Origin: Gekko japonicus
Taxonomy: Eukaryota
DNA: 64,000 bases
Assembly: GCF_001447785.1 (NCBI RefSeq)
Contig: NW_015167100.1
Span: 62,001 to 126,000 of the forward strand
Direction of reading: 5' to 3'
The notes beneath the pieces were generated by a model. The model did not search any database and was not told the DNA's origin. It was given only the letters and a program-made list of their open reading frames with translations. Below are positions 50,973 to 63,189 of the stretch, piece after piece. The position numbers and the translations under genes were made by a program. Position 1 is the first letter of the stretch. Every line of letters starts with the position of its first letter.

Positions 50973-52215
50973 GTATGTAGAACAAGTTGATTCTTGTCAT
51001 TAAATTTTTATCTATGATTTATTTGTATCTACTGTTTTGTATTTCTGTGAAATAAAACATGCACATATATAATATTAAACATTTAATTATTAGACATAGC
51101 TACAAGTAGCTCAATGTGGGTTACTATGGAATCCAGCTAAGATCTAGAAGCTCTGCTGTCGTTTTTTTGAAAGGAAGGATGGGCAAATGTTTAGCCTGAG
51201 AGATCATGAATGAGCCTTGGCCTTATGCAATCACTTCTGAATGTTCTCCAGTTCCCACCCTTTCTTCGTGGTTCTAGTTCATTGTTGTATCAGAACCGAG
51301 AAAACTGTCACTTGTATCAATCACAGTTTTCTTGCAAACAAAAATCGAAAATTACGAACAAATTATGCTTTACAGTTCTAGTATGTAGGCAAAGTACAGT
51401 TTGCACAACAATGGTTTGTCTAGATCTAATATAATGGCAGATTATGATTTGCTACAAACCAAGAAAAGGGTGGAGAGGAAGGGAATCAGAGTGCGCAAGG
51501 TGACAAAATATGAGAAGGAAAGAGGGAACATCCAAAGGAACAGACTTTCTGCGTGGTTCAGAAGTAGCACATTAAATGCTCTTCACTCACCTACTGGTTC
51601 TTTTCTACTATGGAATGGGCTCCAAAGGTCCCTAAAAATTCCTTTACACTCCAGCGTTTTCTTCATAGCTTCTCCAACCATGTTGTTCCCCTGCTGGTCT
51701 TTAGCCCTGGCAGTGCCCAGGCATGCCAATTGCTGGTGTCAGTAGCCATCTTCCCAGTTTACAGTGAATGCATGTACAATCCACGTACAGTGTATATTTG
51801 ATTTTAATACATGTGTTGAGTAATTCTCATGTTACATTTAACACAAGTACAACTGAATATGTGATACAAATACCACTTTTATCCAGGTAGTGATCCCTGG
51901 TTTCAGTTGCAAACTGAATGCACATTGGCTCTGTCTTACAGATAGATGTATGTACATTACAGTGATTATGTATACATTCTGTGTGTATGTAAGAAGAGGC
52001 CTAGAGAAAGTTATGGAAGTCTCAGTCCCTTCTGAAATAAAGTGAATGTAAATGCTTAACTGCGCCAAAATACCATTATATCCAATGAGCTTTAGAGGTA
52101 ATACTGCACCTATTGACCTCAGTCCAAAATTTTGAAGGTGACAGTATGCAGTTGGTTCTCTGTTTCTTGTGAAGTTTATGAAATTGTCTTTTAATGTCTG
52201 ATCATTTTCTTTCAG

Positions 52216-52324
52216 ATAGAAAATGGTGGTAAAATATGTAAAGCAAACAGTATTGGCTGTATGCCAGTTCATGCAGCTGCATTTTCTGGTGCAAAATCAT
52301 GCATGGAGATTGTTATAAGAAAGG
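52216..52324 (+). CDS. TRPA1: TRPA1 coding exon 5
   Basis: IENGGKICKANSIGCMPVHAAAFSGAKSCMEIVIRK; 109 nt, phase 0 to 1. Confidence 0.95.
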
Positions 52325-52686
52325 GTAAATATGTTCTGAAAATCTTACATTAATATTTCTGAACGTGAAAGCAGCATTTATTCCTTTAAAATGTAAGTTG
52401 TGTTTCAGGTGACACATTTCTCACATTATAGTTACAGGAGTCAATAATATGTGAGACTGCTCTCATAACATTAGTATGTACTTGTTAATGGGAGGCAAGT
52501 GGAAAATGTAATTGTAATGTTTTGTATGCAACTATTGTGTGTGTTTTATTTCTGCAAATTAATGTGGGATTTTTTAATGTATATTAGCGGTAGTTTAAAA
52601 TCCAGGCATCTAAAGTAAGAAAAAGGTGAGCTGGATATGTGAGTGAAAGGTGTTATGACTGGATGGTACCAGTAGGGGGTAGAGTT

Positions 52687-52956
52687 GACAGTTTGGTGTA
52701 GTGGTTAAGTGTGCCGACTCTAATCTGGGAGAACCCGGTTTGATTCCCCACTCCTCCACTTGCAACTGCTGGATGACCTTGGGCAAGCCATAGTTCTGTC
52801 AGAGCTGTTCTCTCAAGGACAGTTCTGGAAAGAGCTCTCTCAGCCCCACCTACCTCACAGGGTGTCTGTTGTGGGTAGGGGAAGGGAAAGGAGATTGTAA
52901 GCCGCTCTGAAACTCTGAGTGAAGGGCAGGGTATAAATCCAATCTCTTCTTCTTCT
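52687..52956 (+). mobile_element. tRNA-derived SINE (Squam3-like)
   Basis: A box tggtgtagtggttaag, B box ggtttgattccc, (TCT)n tail; highly similar to the 23807 copy. Confidence 0.88.
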
Positions 52957-53489
52957 AGTATGTTTGGAGGGTTTGGGGGGAAAGGAGAGGGAGGTGCTGG
53001 AGACTGAGTGAAAGTCTGTGTTCTTTGTGTGGAAGATTTTAGTGGTTTTAGTTATGTCGCAAATAGGGAAGATAAATCTGTGTGACTAGGTCTATTTAAG
53101 GAACTGTAAGTAAAATAAAAATAAAAATGAAGATCTGCATCTACCTTGTAACCAGGAAACTAGTAGTCTAAATGAAACCATTATGTTTTTGAACCACCCT
53201 GAAACCATTAAACTTTTATATTTCTGAATAAATTCTATTTTTGTTTAAGTAAAAACAGCTGTTTTATTTAGAATGAAGGATCCCCTTTTACCTCACAGTA
53301 CGTGCTGTGGTGATAATTCTGTTATTCTACCAAAGATAATTAAGCCATCTAGTTCTATGGGGTAAACTATGAGGTCTAAGCCTTTGGTGACAGCAAAAAT
53401 AATTTGGAAAGACTAAGGAAGTCCAGGAGGCAGCATAATACAGGTCTTTTCTGAGCATTATCGAAAGGGGCCATTACAGGTATTACAAA

Positions 53490-54079
53490 TAAGGATGGGC
53501 ACGGACTGGGAAAATGGAGGTTCATCCTGGTTCATGGTTTGTGAGGTCACATGAACCATGAACCTCTCCAAACTTCCCTGTTTACCAAGCTAGTTTGGTT
53601 CATGAGGTTCGGAGGGAAGATCTAAGATCTTCCCACTCTCGGGAGATCTTCTTGGGAGATCTTCCCGCTCTCCTTTCTGCTGGCAGTGGCTCCCCGAGGC
53701 GAGCAGAATGAAGTGTGTGTGGGGGGGAGATTGCAAAAGCTGTTTAAGGGGAACATTCCCTTTAAATGACTTTTGTAAGTGGGTGCTGCCCATGAGTGTA
53801 GTCCAAGTGGCTGGCTCACCACTTCTGGGTGAACTCACCACTTGGACTTCATATGGCACCCTCTTGCAAAAGCCATTTAGTTCCCTTTAAATAGCTTTTG
53901 CAAGCCATTTCAGTGACCCCTCTCGCTCCCCCCGCTTTCCATCACAACCCCCCGAAACCGTGTGGAGGGTCATGGGAGAGTTATGGATAGGGATGGGCAT
54001 GAACCTCTGGTTCACAAACCACAAACTGGCGATGTTTGTCAGGAAATTAGGTTCATGACGAGGTTCATGCCAATCCCTA
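53490..54079. mobile_element. hAT-type MITE
   Basis: Ends taaggatgggcac / tgccaatcccta; TSD attacaaa / gttacaaa (7 of 8 match). Confidence 0.65.
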
Positions 54080-54508
54080 GTTACAAACCAGCAGTCTAAA
54101 AAAGGAAAGAAACCGTTACAGTAATATTGACTACTATTTCTTGTATTAACCACTATTTGAACTAGTCATATAAACTGGCATACCAGCATAACCTTGCCAT
54201 TTTGAAAGATCAGGCCAGCCATACTTTGACTGTTTATGAATCCCTGGTATTTTCTTAGAAATACTTGGACATTTGATTACATCTCTGAATTGAATTAAAC
54301 CTTGCCATGGGAGCAAAAATATTTACATTATTTTATTGCTAATGCAATGATTTTATATTCATTCATCAATGTAGTGGCATAAATTCTGTAGTATTAGTAG
54401 GAGTTGGCTTGGCAAAAATGAGACATTTCAAAGTTATAATTGTAATATTATAATCTGTGCTTTCTTACCAGTTTGCAATTTTTAAACCTATATATATTAT
54501 ATTTTAAG

Positions 54509-54654
54509 GTGAAGAGCTAGGCTATTCTACTGAAAGTCACATCAATTTTATTAATAATGGGAGATGCAGTCCTCTCCACCTAGCAGTCCAAAGTGGTGAC
54601 TTGGAAATGATAAAAATGTGTCTTGAATATGGAGCACAAATTGATCTGAAGCAG
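54509..54654 (+). CDS. TRPA1: TRPA1 coding exon 6
   Basis: GEELGYSTESHINFINNGRCSPLHLAVQSGDLEMIKMCLEYGAQIDLKQ; 146 nt, phase 1 to 0. Confidence 0.96.
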
Positions 54655-55529
54655 GTAACAACAAATACAATATGCAGTTACTTAAATATGTGGGGTATGG
54701 TTTATCTAAATTACACTTTTAAGTCACATTTATTTTAATGGAGAGTTGTAAGAATGTGAACAGTGAAGTCTCTAACAGAGTTACACAGTAAAGTTAGAGT
54801 ATAACAAAGTTTACAATTGCACTGTAAATCTCTCCATTGAATTTAGTGGGATTTAAAATAGCTTAAATTTGGCTGCATCATGCTTGTTGCGTATTTTGTT
54901 TTTTATTTCCCATTCTAATCCTATCTCGTATTTTATGGCTAACATGCTGATCTAATGATATAGGAATGATATTGGAAATTAATTTAAGAGTGGACATTTT
55001 GAGCAGAATAAATACTTGTGGTAGAGTTGGCTGTTACAGCAGAGGCTCAAAAGTCTCTACTAGTGGTTGAGAGACTGGCCAAATTGAAAAAGATGTATGA
55101 GGAATAATGTTCAAGATTCTGATTAATGCTAAATATTTTTGCATGCTTATAGGCACTGTAACAAGATCAGTGGCCATAACCATGTAAGTGTTCACAGTTC
55201 TGTAAGTAAGAGAGGATCACAGTCAATCTCTGCCAGAAGATTTGGACAGCTACTGTACACAATACATTTATTTCCTGATCTGTTATATATATATATATAG
55301 CTTTTTCTCCAAACAAGGAAATAGTAACCATTGTGGCTGTAACAAGAAAGGTATCTGAATTGCTATTAAGGAGAAATAAAATTAAATAATATTTGAAATA
55401 TGTGAAGTGGATCCTGAATCTTAATTTCCATAGCATCTGGGTTCTGAGCAAGAATGGGAATTTGAAAAACAATTTGCAGGCGAACCATAATTGACTGTTT
55501 ATCTTATTCTTTATATTACCTTTTTAAAG

Positions 55530-55666
55530 AATGACAAATGCACAGCTCTTCATTTTGCTGCTACGCAAGGTGCCACTGAGATTCTGAAATTAATGATGTC
55601 ATCTTATAAAGGCGAAGACCCTATAATTGATGCTGTAGATGGGAATAAAGAAACATTGCTTCACAG
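55530..55666 (+). CDS. TRPA1: TRPA1 coding exon 7
   Basis: NDKCTALHFAATQGATEILKLMMSSYKGEDPIIDAVDGNKETLLHR; 137 nt, phase 0 to 2. Confidence 0.96.
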
Positions 55667-56225
55667 GTGAGGGTATTGACTGCTTGACTGGTACAGCTGA
55701 GAATTTCATAACTTCCTTGACAACCACGGGATGATACCTGTCTCCCCCCCCCCCCCCCGCGTTTTAACCCTGGGGGCTGGTTTTTCGCCACACATGGGAG
55801 TTGGGAACCTATCAAGAGCACTTTCGTCACAGACAGATTACTACATGATTAGATTATCAGCAGCTCTGAATCATTCCAATGATATGGGCCCAGTTGAGAT
55901 GGATCCAGCTGACTTTCAGAGAGCCCTGGGAAACTTTCTGATAGGCAGAACTGACCATTCTCTCAATGCTGTGGTTGATTTTAGGAATTACTCTTAGAGT
56001 CTTTTCTACTGACTAGAGCCACATTATGTCCTTGGTATTCTTGGGAGCTGGGGACAATGAAACAATACAGCCTGTTTGAAGGCCTGTTCTTTGTCAGAGA
56101 TAACAACAAAGAAAAATTGTTTCTCCACCACCGTCAGTCCATTGAGGCTCAATGAAGTCATCTTGTAGCCTCGTTTGCTCACTCTGACGTAGAGGTATGC
56201 CGAAGTTTTTCACTTTGTCTTTGTT

Positions 56226-56395
56226 TCAAGGTATGAGCTTTCATGTGCATGCACACTTTTTCAAATAGTATTTGGAAAAGTGTGCATGTACACGAAAGCT
56301 CATTCCTTGAATAAGCCTTTGTTGGCCTTAAAGGTCCCATGGGACTCAAACTTCATTCTACTGCTTCAGACCAGCACAGCTGACCACCTGGAACT
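56226..56395. mobile_element. Penelope-like tail with head-to-head inverted duplication
   Basis: 42-bp inverted arms centred on 56268, followed by the remainder of the PLE tail. Confidence 0.7.
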
Positions 56396-56817
56396 TATTT
56401 CCTTTTAGTTTAGTTAGCATTGTTTTTCATTGCTTTTGTTCCAGTTTTGGTAACAACCCTTTTTCTCCTCATCCCCCATTTTCTGTGCTGATTTCATTGA
56501 CTGCTGTCCTGCTTGTGATGGTTTGATCTGCTGGCTGGCTGGTCAGCTGAGTGGCAAAAAGAGAATCTTCCTCCACCTCATTCATAGCCTTAGTTATTAT
56601 TTTGGAGAACATCTGAGAAGCTGCATCTAAGTGCACTCTAGGCACCTGATATTAAAATGTAGGAGACTGAAGACTATGTTATCCAGGGCATCTGAGGTGC
56701 TGGGAGAGGCGGGGGTAAGAGGTTCCCTGGAGAAGTGGCATAAAAATTCTGTAAATAAAGAAATAAAGTACCGTATCTTCCCACTATCTTACTGTTGGCC
56801 AGCCACCACTGTGAGCT

Positions 56818-57252
56818 TATATATATATAAACTGCTGTTTTGCAGTATTTTTTCAATAGGTAATCAAGATGTACGCACACACACACAACGGTATTTACAT
56901 ATATTCCCATTTCACATGACCGCGTTATCTCAGTGTGCTGCGTGAATAACATTAGTTTACACGTCAACAATACTAATCTGTGAATTTAACACTCAACATT
57001 CTTCCCACTTCAATGAAACAAATTCTTACTCAATGAAACAAATCCCACTTCAATGAAACACTTCAATGTTGAGTGTTAAGTTTATGGATTAGTATTGTTG
57101 ACGTGTAAACTAATGTTATTCATGCAGCACACTGAGATAAAGCGGTCATGTGAAACGGGAATATATGCAAACACCATTGTGTGTGTGCCTACATCTTGAT
57201 TACCTATTGAAGAAATACTACTCACTGCAAAACAGCAGTTTAAATATATATA
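56818..57252. repeat. Long imperfect inverted repeat in intron 7
   Basis: 56818-57000 is the reverse complement of 57065-57252; 64-nt spacer with three copies of caatgaaaca. Confidence 0.92.
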
Positions 57253-57846
57253 TTCATAATACTACATCAAGGCTGTTTTTTTCATTGTCTGCATCCTTCC
57301 CGTGATCTCTCTCTTGTTTCTACACCACTATGAGCTTGGCAACCATTGTCATCACCATAGTAAGTTCTGCAAAAAGGAGAGATGAAAGAATGGAGTAAAG
57401 GTGTAGGATGAGGACTAGAAGTCTGGACTGGTAGACTCCAAGTCGCCTAATAAACACATTAGATTTGTTTGTTCATTGCATTTCCTGTTCATTTTAAGCA
57501 CCCGAACAAATGGGACTTTTTGTGTGTTTTTCTCATTCAATTGCAAATGAATGCACATTTATACTGTGACAGGTTTGGAAGCATTTTACAGATAAACGCT
57601 GCATCTACTCTAACATGGACTCCAGGTTGAATACAGTATAAATATTCTGTTGGCACTCTCCTGTTATTTTCTATGAGTTACTTTCAATTGCTCCTGCCTG
57701 AGAATACTGAAGGTTTGGTTAAATAGCAGTCTGCCACCTATATGCCTATTTCCCATTTGTGGCTGCTGTTATTTAGCTGAGGGCAAGTAGATAATTGGTT
57801 TTGAGTGATTTTGAATTTCTTTTTAAGAGGGAGAGAGAGAGAATAA

Positions 57847-58518
57847 TCTTTATACTAATAGCCAAGAGGCCCCCTCTGTGTGGATATCTAAATCCGCACA
57901 TCAGGGACACTTGGGGGGCAGAGAGATTTTCCGGCACACTTGAGGCACTCCCCAGGTGTGCAGAAATATCTGAATAGTTTAAAAAACTATATGGGGGATA
58001 CTTAAATCCCCCCAAAACTAAGAGCGTTTTCTGAGCATGTGCAGAGAACGCTCTGGGAACTGTCCCACCACCACCAGTGCTGGGGGAGGGGAGAAGGCTT
58101 GGTGGGTCAGGTTTTGCCACAGGTGCTGCAGGGGGGGAAGGAGACGGCTTGGCAGCTCAGGCCTTGCCACCAGTGCCGGGGGGGAGGGAGAGGGCTTAGC
58201 GGCTTAGGCCTCGCTGTTGCTGCCGGGGGAGGAGAAGGTTTGGTGGACCCGGTGGCTGGGAGCCATGTGGGCCGTGCCGTCAGGGCCAGGGGTGGGAGAG
58301 GTTTGGCTGGCCCGGTGGCTGGGAGCTGCGTGGGCCTCACCGTCACTGCCAGGGGGCGGGGGAGAAGGTTTGATTGGCCTGGCGGCTGGGAGCTGCACGG
58401 GCCTCGCTGTCAGGGCCAGGCAGGGGTGGGGGAGAAGGGGAGCAGGCACACCTGCAGTGGCTTCCTCCTCTACTTGGAGCTCCTCTTCCCTGCGAGTACC
58501 GCGGGTCCCCACTTCTTG
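57847..58518 (+). mobile_element. Probable non-autonomous Helitron with ~60-bp internal tandem repeats
   Basis: A|TCTTTATACTAATA 5' end, subterminal hairpin cctgcg-agtac-cgcggg, 3' end CTTG|T, no TSD. Confidence 0.5.
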
Positions 58519-59844
58519 TCCCTTCTAATTTGAAGGAGGCAGAATACGAAACCGTTCCTTAAAAACCATTCCTTTGACCCATCAATATTTTGAACTGTTG
58601 CTAATATACATGGGCAGGGTGATTGAGCAGGCGATGGTGGCCAAGTTCCAAACATTCCTTGTTGAAAATTATTATCTAGACCCATTTCATTCATTCTTCT
58701 GGTCTATTGTGAAGATTCAGGTTGGATCTGTATAAAAGATAAAATATTATTGAATTACTTTCAGCCAACCAAAGGGATTTCATAAAGTCTTCTATGGTGT
58801 AATGTATAGGTCCTTAGGGTATGGCAGTTGCCCATGAGGTTACTGGTGAGGGCTTGTTTAAGGTTTCCTCTCTCCGCTAATTGAGGACTGCTGGTGTAAT
58901 AGGTGTCTTATTCCCTTCTTCTGTTTTGGTAATTAATAAAGAAAATATGTTTCTGCCCTATAAATGTACAGGATCCTGAGGTAAACAACGAGTGTATTGA
59001 AAAAGTAACAGTCAAGTCAGCACTATGAGAGAGAATAATGAATGTCTTGATTGTTTTTTGTACTACCCTCCCCCCCAATCTGCTGCCAAAGTTCTAATGT
59101 CCCTGATTGGCTACTACTGACTCAGTAGACATTCCAAGAAGAATTTGAAAGGAATTGGTAGTTGGTAGAAAAGACATTTGTCTTTGGGACTAAAACTGCC
59201 TCAGATGGACAACTGTACCAGAGAAGGAACAGAAGCTGGGTAGAAAGAGATACAAGAATGTGATCCTGCTGATGCTTCTGGACTTCTAGCTTTTGATATC
59301 ATTCCAGATTACCTAGTAGGGGTGAGAGCTTGAGGTGCTGTACTATAGTGTTCCACTCCTACTTATTTATTTATGTATTTATTACTTTCAATTTATATCC
59401 CACCTATGCCGGGGGAAACTGGCTCAAGGTGGTGTACTTAGTAAATTGGTTCTAGAAAGTGGTGTTCAGGAACAAGTGCTCTACATTGTAGCATTTCTGT
59501 TACAGGCTTTTTGGTCTCTTAATATTTACATGAAAGATCTGGGAAAAATCATTCAGAGATGTGGTACAAGTTGTCATCAATATGTGGAAACCACATACTT
59601 TTCTCAATTCCATCTAGTCCAGTAGAGGCGGTGGATGTCTGTAGTCAAAACCAGGGATGTCTGTAGTCAAAACCAGGGAAACACTGTCACTGTTGAAGGC
59701 TCTTGTGCACATATAGGAAACTTTGGATTGTTTCCAGAGTCTGTAATTAACATAATGTAAACTTTTCCTGACATTAAAATCATGAATGTTTTCTTCAATA
59801 TAGCACTGTTTTCATTGTATCCCTTTTCCCCATTTTTATCACAG

Positions 59845-59893
59845 GACTGCATTGTTTGATCACTGTGAACTGGCAGAGTATCTGATATCAATG
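59845..59893 (+). CDS. TRPA1: TRPA1 coding exon 8
   Basis: (R)TALFDHCELAEYLISM; 49 nt, strong polypyrimidine acceptor, phase 2 to 0. Confidence 0.95.
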
Positions 59894-61236
59894 GTAAATA
59901 TTTAATTTTAATTTAATTTCTACTAGTACTAGACTGGTGTTAAGCACTGTTGTCAGGTTGCATGGTAACATCCACAAAAACACTGCTTGAAAAATTAATT
60001 TCCTGAAAAATTAATTTCCTGTTTAGGAAGTACAGGCAATTAACATTGTGGTATGTTTATTTGGGTACATGCAAGTTTGATGATTAACACACATTAAACT
60101 ATAGAGCTGATGTAAGATGACATGTGAGGCTAGAAGAGCTTTGATTTCTGTTTTCATTGCAGCAGTTCCCCTGCCAAAGAGAGAACTGCTGTTTTAACTG
60201 ATCAGTGACTGTTTTTTAGACAGTTTAAAATATTGCTCCAGGTAAAAGAGAAGCGTGATCATGTTAGGATATGTATCTCACCCAAACAATATAAGTATCT
60301 AGGCATTACAGTGTATGCATAAAATGGGGGTGGGTTGTGTGCACACGCAGATCTCCTGTGCATGCAGAAGGAACTTTCATGTCCAAGATAGGAGTACAGT
60401 TTCTTTAACTTTTCTACTCAAAGCCAGCTTTAAACACCACACCTTTTACTTCTCTGCTACCCCAATGCCTGGAAGCAGCTTTTTGCATTGTAAAGTGTCT
60501 ACAGAAGACGGGGGGAAGCAGGGGCCTACTTGCAGCTCTTTGAATACAAACCCAGTTTTCCTTACTACTTTTGGCCATTCAACTGAGATGTAAGCACACA
60601 GAGACAATTTGTATTGTTAAACAGTACCTACTTTCCTGAGTGCTAAGAAATTACAGGGGCAGTATTATAAGATTAACTGAGTTACGCCTTTCTAAGCCCA
60701 TTGATTTCAATGGCCTTAGAAGAAGTTTCTTTGAATGGGAGAGCATTGAACACACACACTAGGACACCGCATAACATATTGTCAAGAGATGTTTCATTTG
60801 CAGGTGAAAAGCTTATTTGGGAAACATAGTGAATATACTTCAAATACAGTTTGTGTATGTCTTCTGAATTGTCTTTGCAAAAAATTATATTACATAATAT
60901 TCTGCTCATTTATTGAAAATGTTAGCAGAGAAGATTCTACATATATTAATCATAAGTAAGTTACACTGATTTCAGAGCTTGTAAATACGTGTCCTTAGGA
61001 CCACTGCCTTAACAGTTGCAGAGTTCAAGCCATGTCTTGGGAACTATTATTCTGAACAGGTATAAACTATCCTTAAAAAACATAACTGGATTCAACTGCC
61101 TATGAAATTAAATAGTTAGGAAAGGTTTACTAAAGTCTTCTCTATTCTGCTTATCTGATGTATTCAGTCTGGCTTTATTTCCAAAGCACTAAGAAACTGG
61201 CAGATTACAGTACATTATAGTACAGTGTTTTATCGG

Positions 61237-61912
61237 TTGGGATGTGCATTCAGATATTTCTGGTCCAAATACGTATCTGAAAAGTATCAGTATTTTTTTG
61301 GACATATTCAGGTAGCTGGATTGATGTCTGGGTTTTCCAGACTATCAATAATTGGATCCTGAAAAATCCTGGAAACATTTGGGGCTGGCATTTTAAGGCT
61401 CCTAGGCCTGTTTTCCTTCAGTTTTACAAGTTTGGATGGGATAGCATAGGTGTCCTTGCATAAATTAGTTTGGCTTGGATTCCCTGCTTTGACATTGGTT
61501 CTGTTAAGCTTGCTACATTAGCCGTAAGTTCTGCTTGGTTTCTCTGGTCTGACATATGTTTGGCTAGCAACAACGTTGCTTGCTTCAGTTGTTCTGGCTT
61601 GGATTCTCTGTAGAGACAAGTAGGGGCACCTTGTTCAGGGACCCATAGAACTGGACCCCTTGAACCAACTCTCTTGAAGCTCTGGGGGTCTTTAGTAAAC
61701 AGGCAGGACTAGATTCTTTCATTGTTAGTGTTACTTGCTTGAAAAATGGCCACTTCACCCCCGAAAAAGGGATGCATAGGGCTTAATGTATTCCTAAAAA
61801 ACCTGGATCCAAATTCTGAAATGGTATTGGGGACCCAAATAATATGGAATACCAGTATGGAAATTCTTCCTGAAATCTGAAAATTCTGTATTTTTAAAAG
61901 TCCACATCCCTA
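61237..61912. mobile_element. Old hAT-type MITE
   Basis: Ends ttgggatgtgc / ccacatcccta; degenerate TSD tttatcgg / gttatcag. Confidence 0.5.
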
Positions 61913-62249
61913 GTTATCAGTGTATTAGTAACATTAGTAACATTAGTAACATAATGGCCCAACATTCTGGGTTGGTTGGTTGGTTTTGCCGGTACAATAC
62001 CATGAGTTATATGATTGTCTTGGTACAGCATTCCTTAACAATGAACCTATCTGTTCCTTTGTCAGGACACCTGGATTTAAGACTGAGCCTGAAAGAGTGG
62101 ATTTAGAGATCCATTTATAGCAAGTAAGAAAGGTTATGGCATCTGAAAAGCAAACAGCTTTTTAGAAAACATATGTAATAGGTCTCTAGTTTTATTGCCT
62201 GCACTCTAATTACTTTATACATAATTTTTTGATGGATCTTAAATTGCAG

Positions 62250-62349
62250 GGAGCAAAGATTGATTGTGTTGACATTGAAGGTCGAACTCCACTATTACTT
62301 GCTACCTCTTGTGCGTCATGGAAAATTGTGAATTTATTACTCTCAAAAG
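62250..62349 (+). CDS. TRPA1: TRPA1 coding exon 9
   Basis: GAKIDCVDIEGRTPLLLATSCASWKIVNLLLSK; 100 nt, phase 0 to 1. Confidence 0.96.
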
Positions 62350-62456
62350 GTACGAAAGTAGTAAGAGAATGAATTGTGTGCAATTCTAATAGTAGCTGAA
62401 ATAATGGCATAAAGAGTCAATGGTTTTTGAAATAATTTTCTTCTATGTGTATTTAG

Positions 62457-62557
62457 GAGCAAATGTAGAGATAAAAGATCACCTGGGTCGTAATTTTTTA
62501 CATCTAACAGTACTGCATCCTGGAGGATTACAACATCTGGATGAAAATTTTTTGCAG
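62457..62557 (+). CDS. TRPA1: TRPA1 coding exon 10 (gene continues beyond window)
   Basis: GANVEIKDHLGRNFLHLTVLHPGGLQHLDENFLQ; 101 nt, phase 1 to 0, after a 107-nt intron. Confidence 0.96.
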
Positions 62558-63189
62558 GTACAAGGAACATCGGTTTGTGTACGTTAATTACTATGACATA
62601 GACTTATAGAGTTAGAGACAGTGTTCTTTTCTGCAGTGTGCTTATGGGGGAAATTATTTATATTTGTAATCTGTGTGTGGTCTTCATCATAGCTGTTTTT
62701 GCTTATTTTATCTGTTTCATTTTCAGCAGACAAATATATTATTGCAGTCCTGCCCTGTTAGCATCAGTATGTTCCACCAGAACCTTCTGTAGAAAAATCT
62801 ATTTAGTAGGCATATACTAGAAAGCATATTTAGATGAAAATTGTATTCCATAGCTAGCAAGCCTCCAATCTGCTCTAATTCTGCATAAGCAAATAACACG
62901 ATGCCTACATGCTGAAAGTTTTGACTGTCCCACTAGGTTTGCCAGGGCCAATCTAGACACAATGGTGTCCTCAGGTCTGTTGTGGGGAAAATGTTGCTAT
63001 TTTGAGCATAATGCTTCAAAATGTTGCAGTTTGGCTCATGGTACAGCAGGACCAGGTGCTCTTGTTTCCCACCCCATGCCTTTTCAGGAGCTGAAATGGC
63101 CATCCTGGCAGCTGGTTTAGCACTTGTAAAGGCACTGGGGGGAAGGGAACCAGAGCACTTCATCCTGCCATACCATATCATACCATTCA

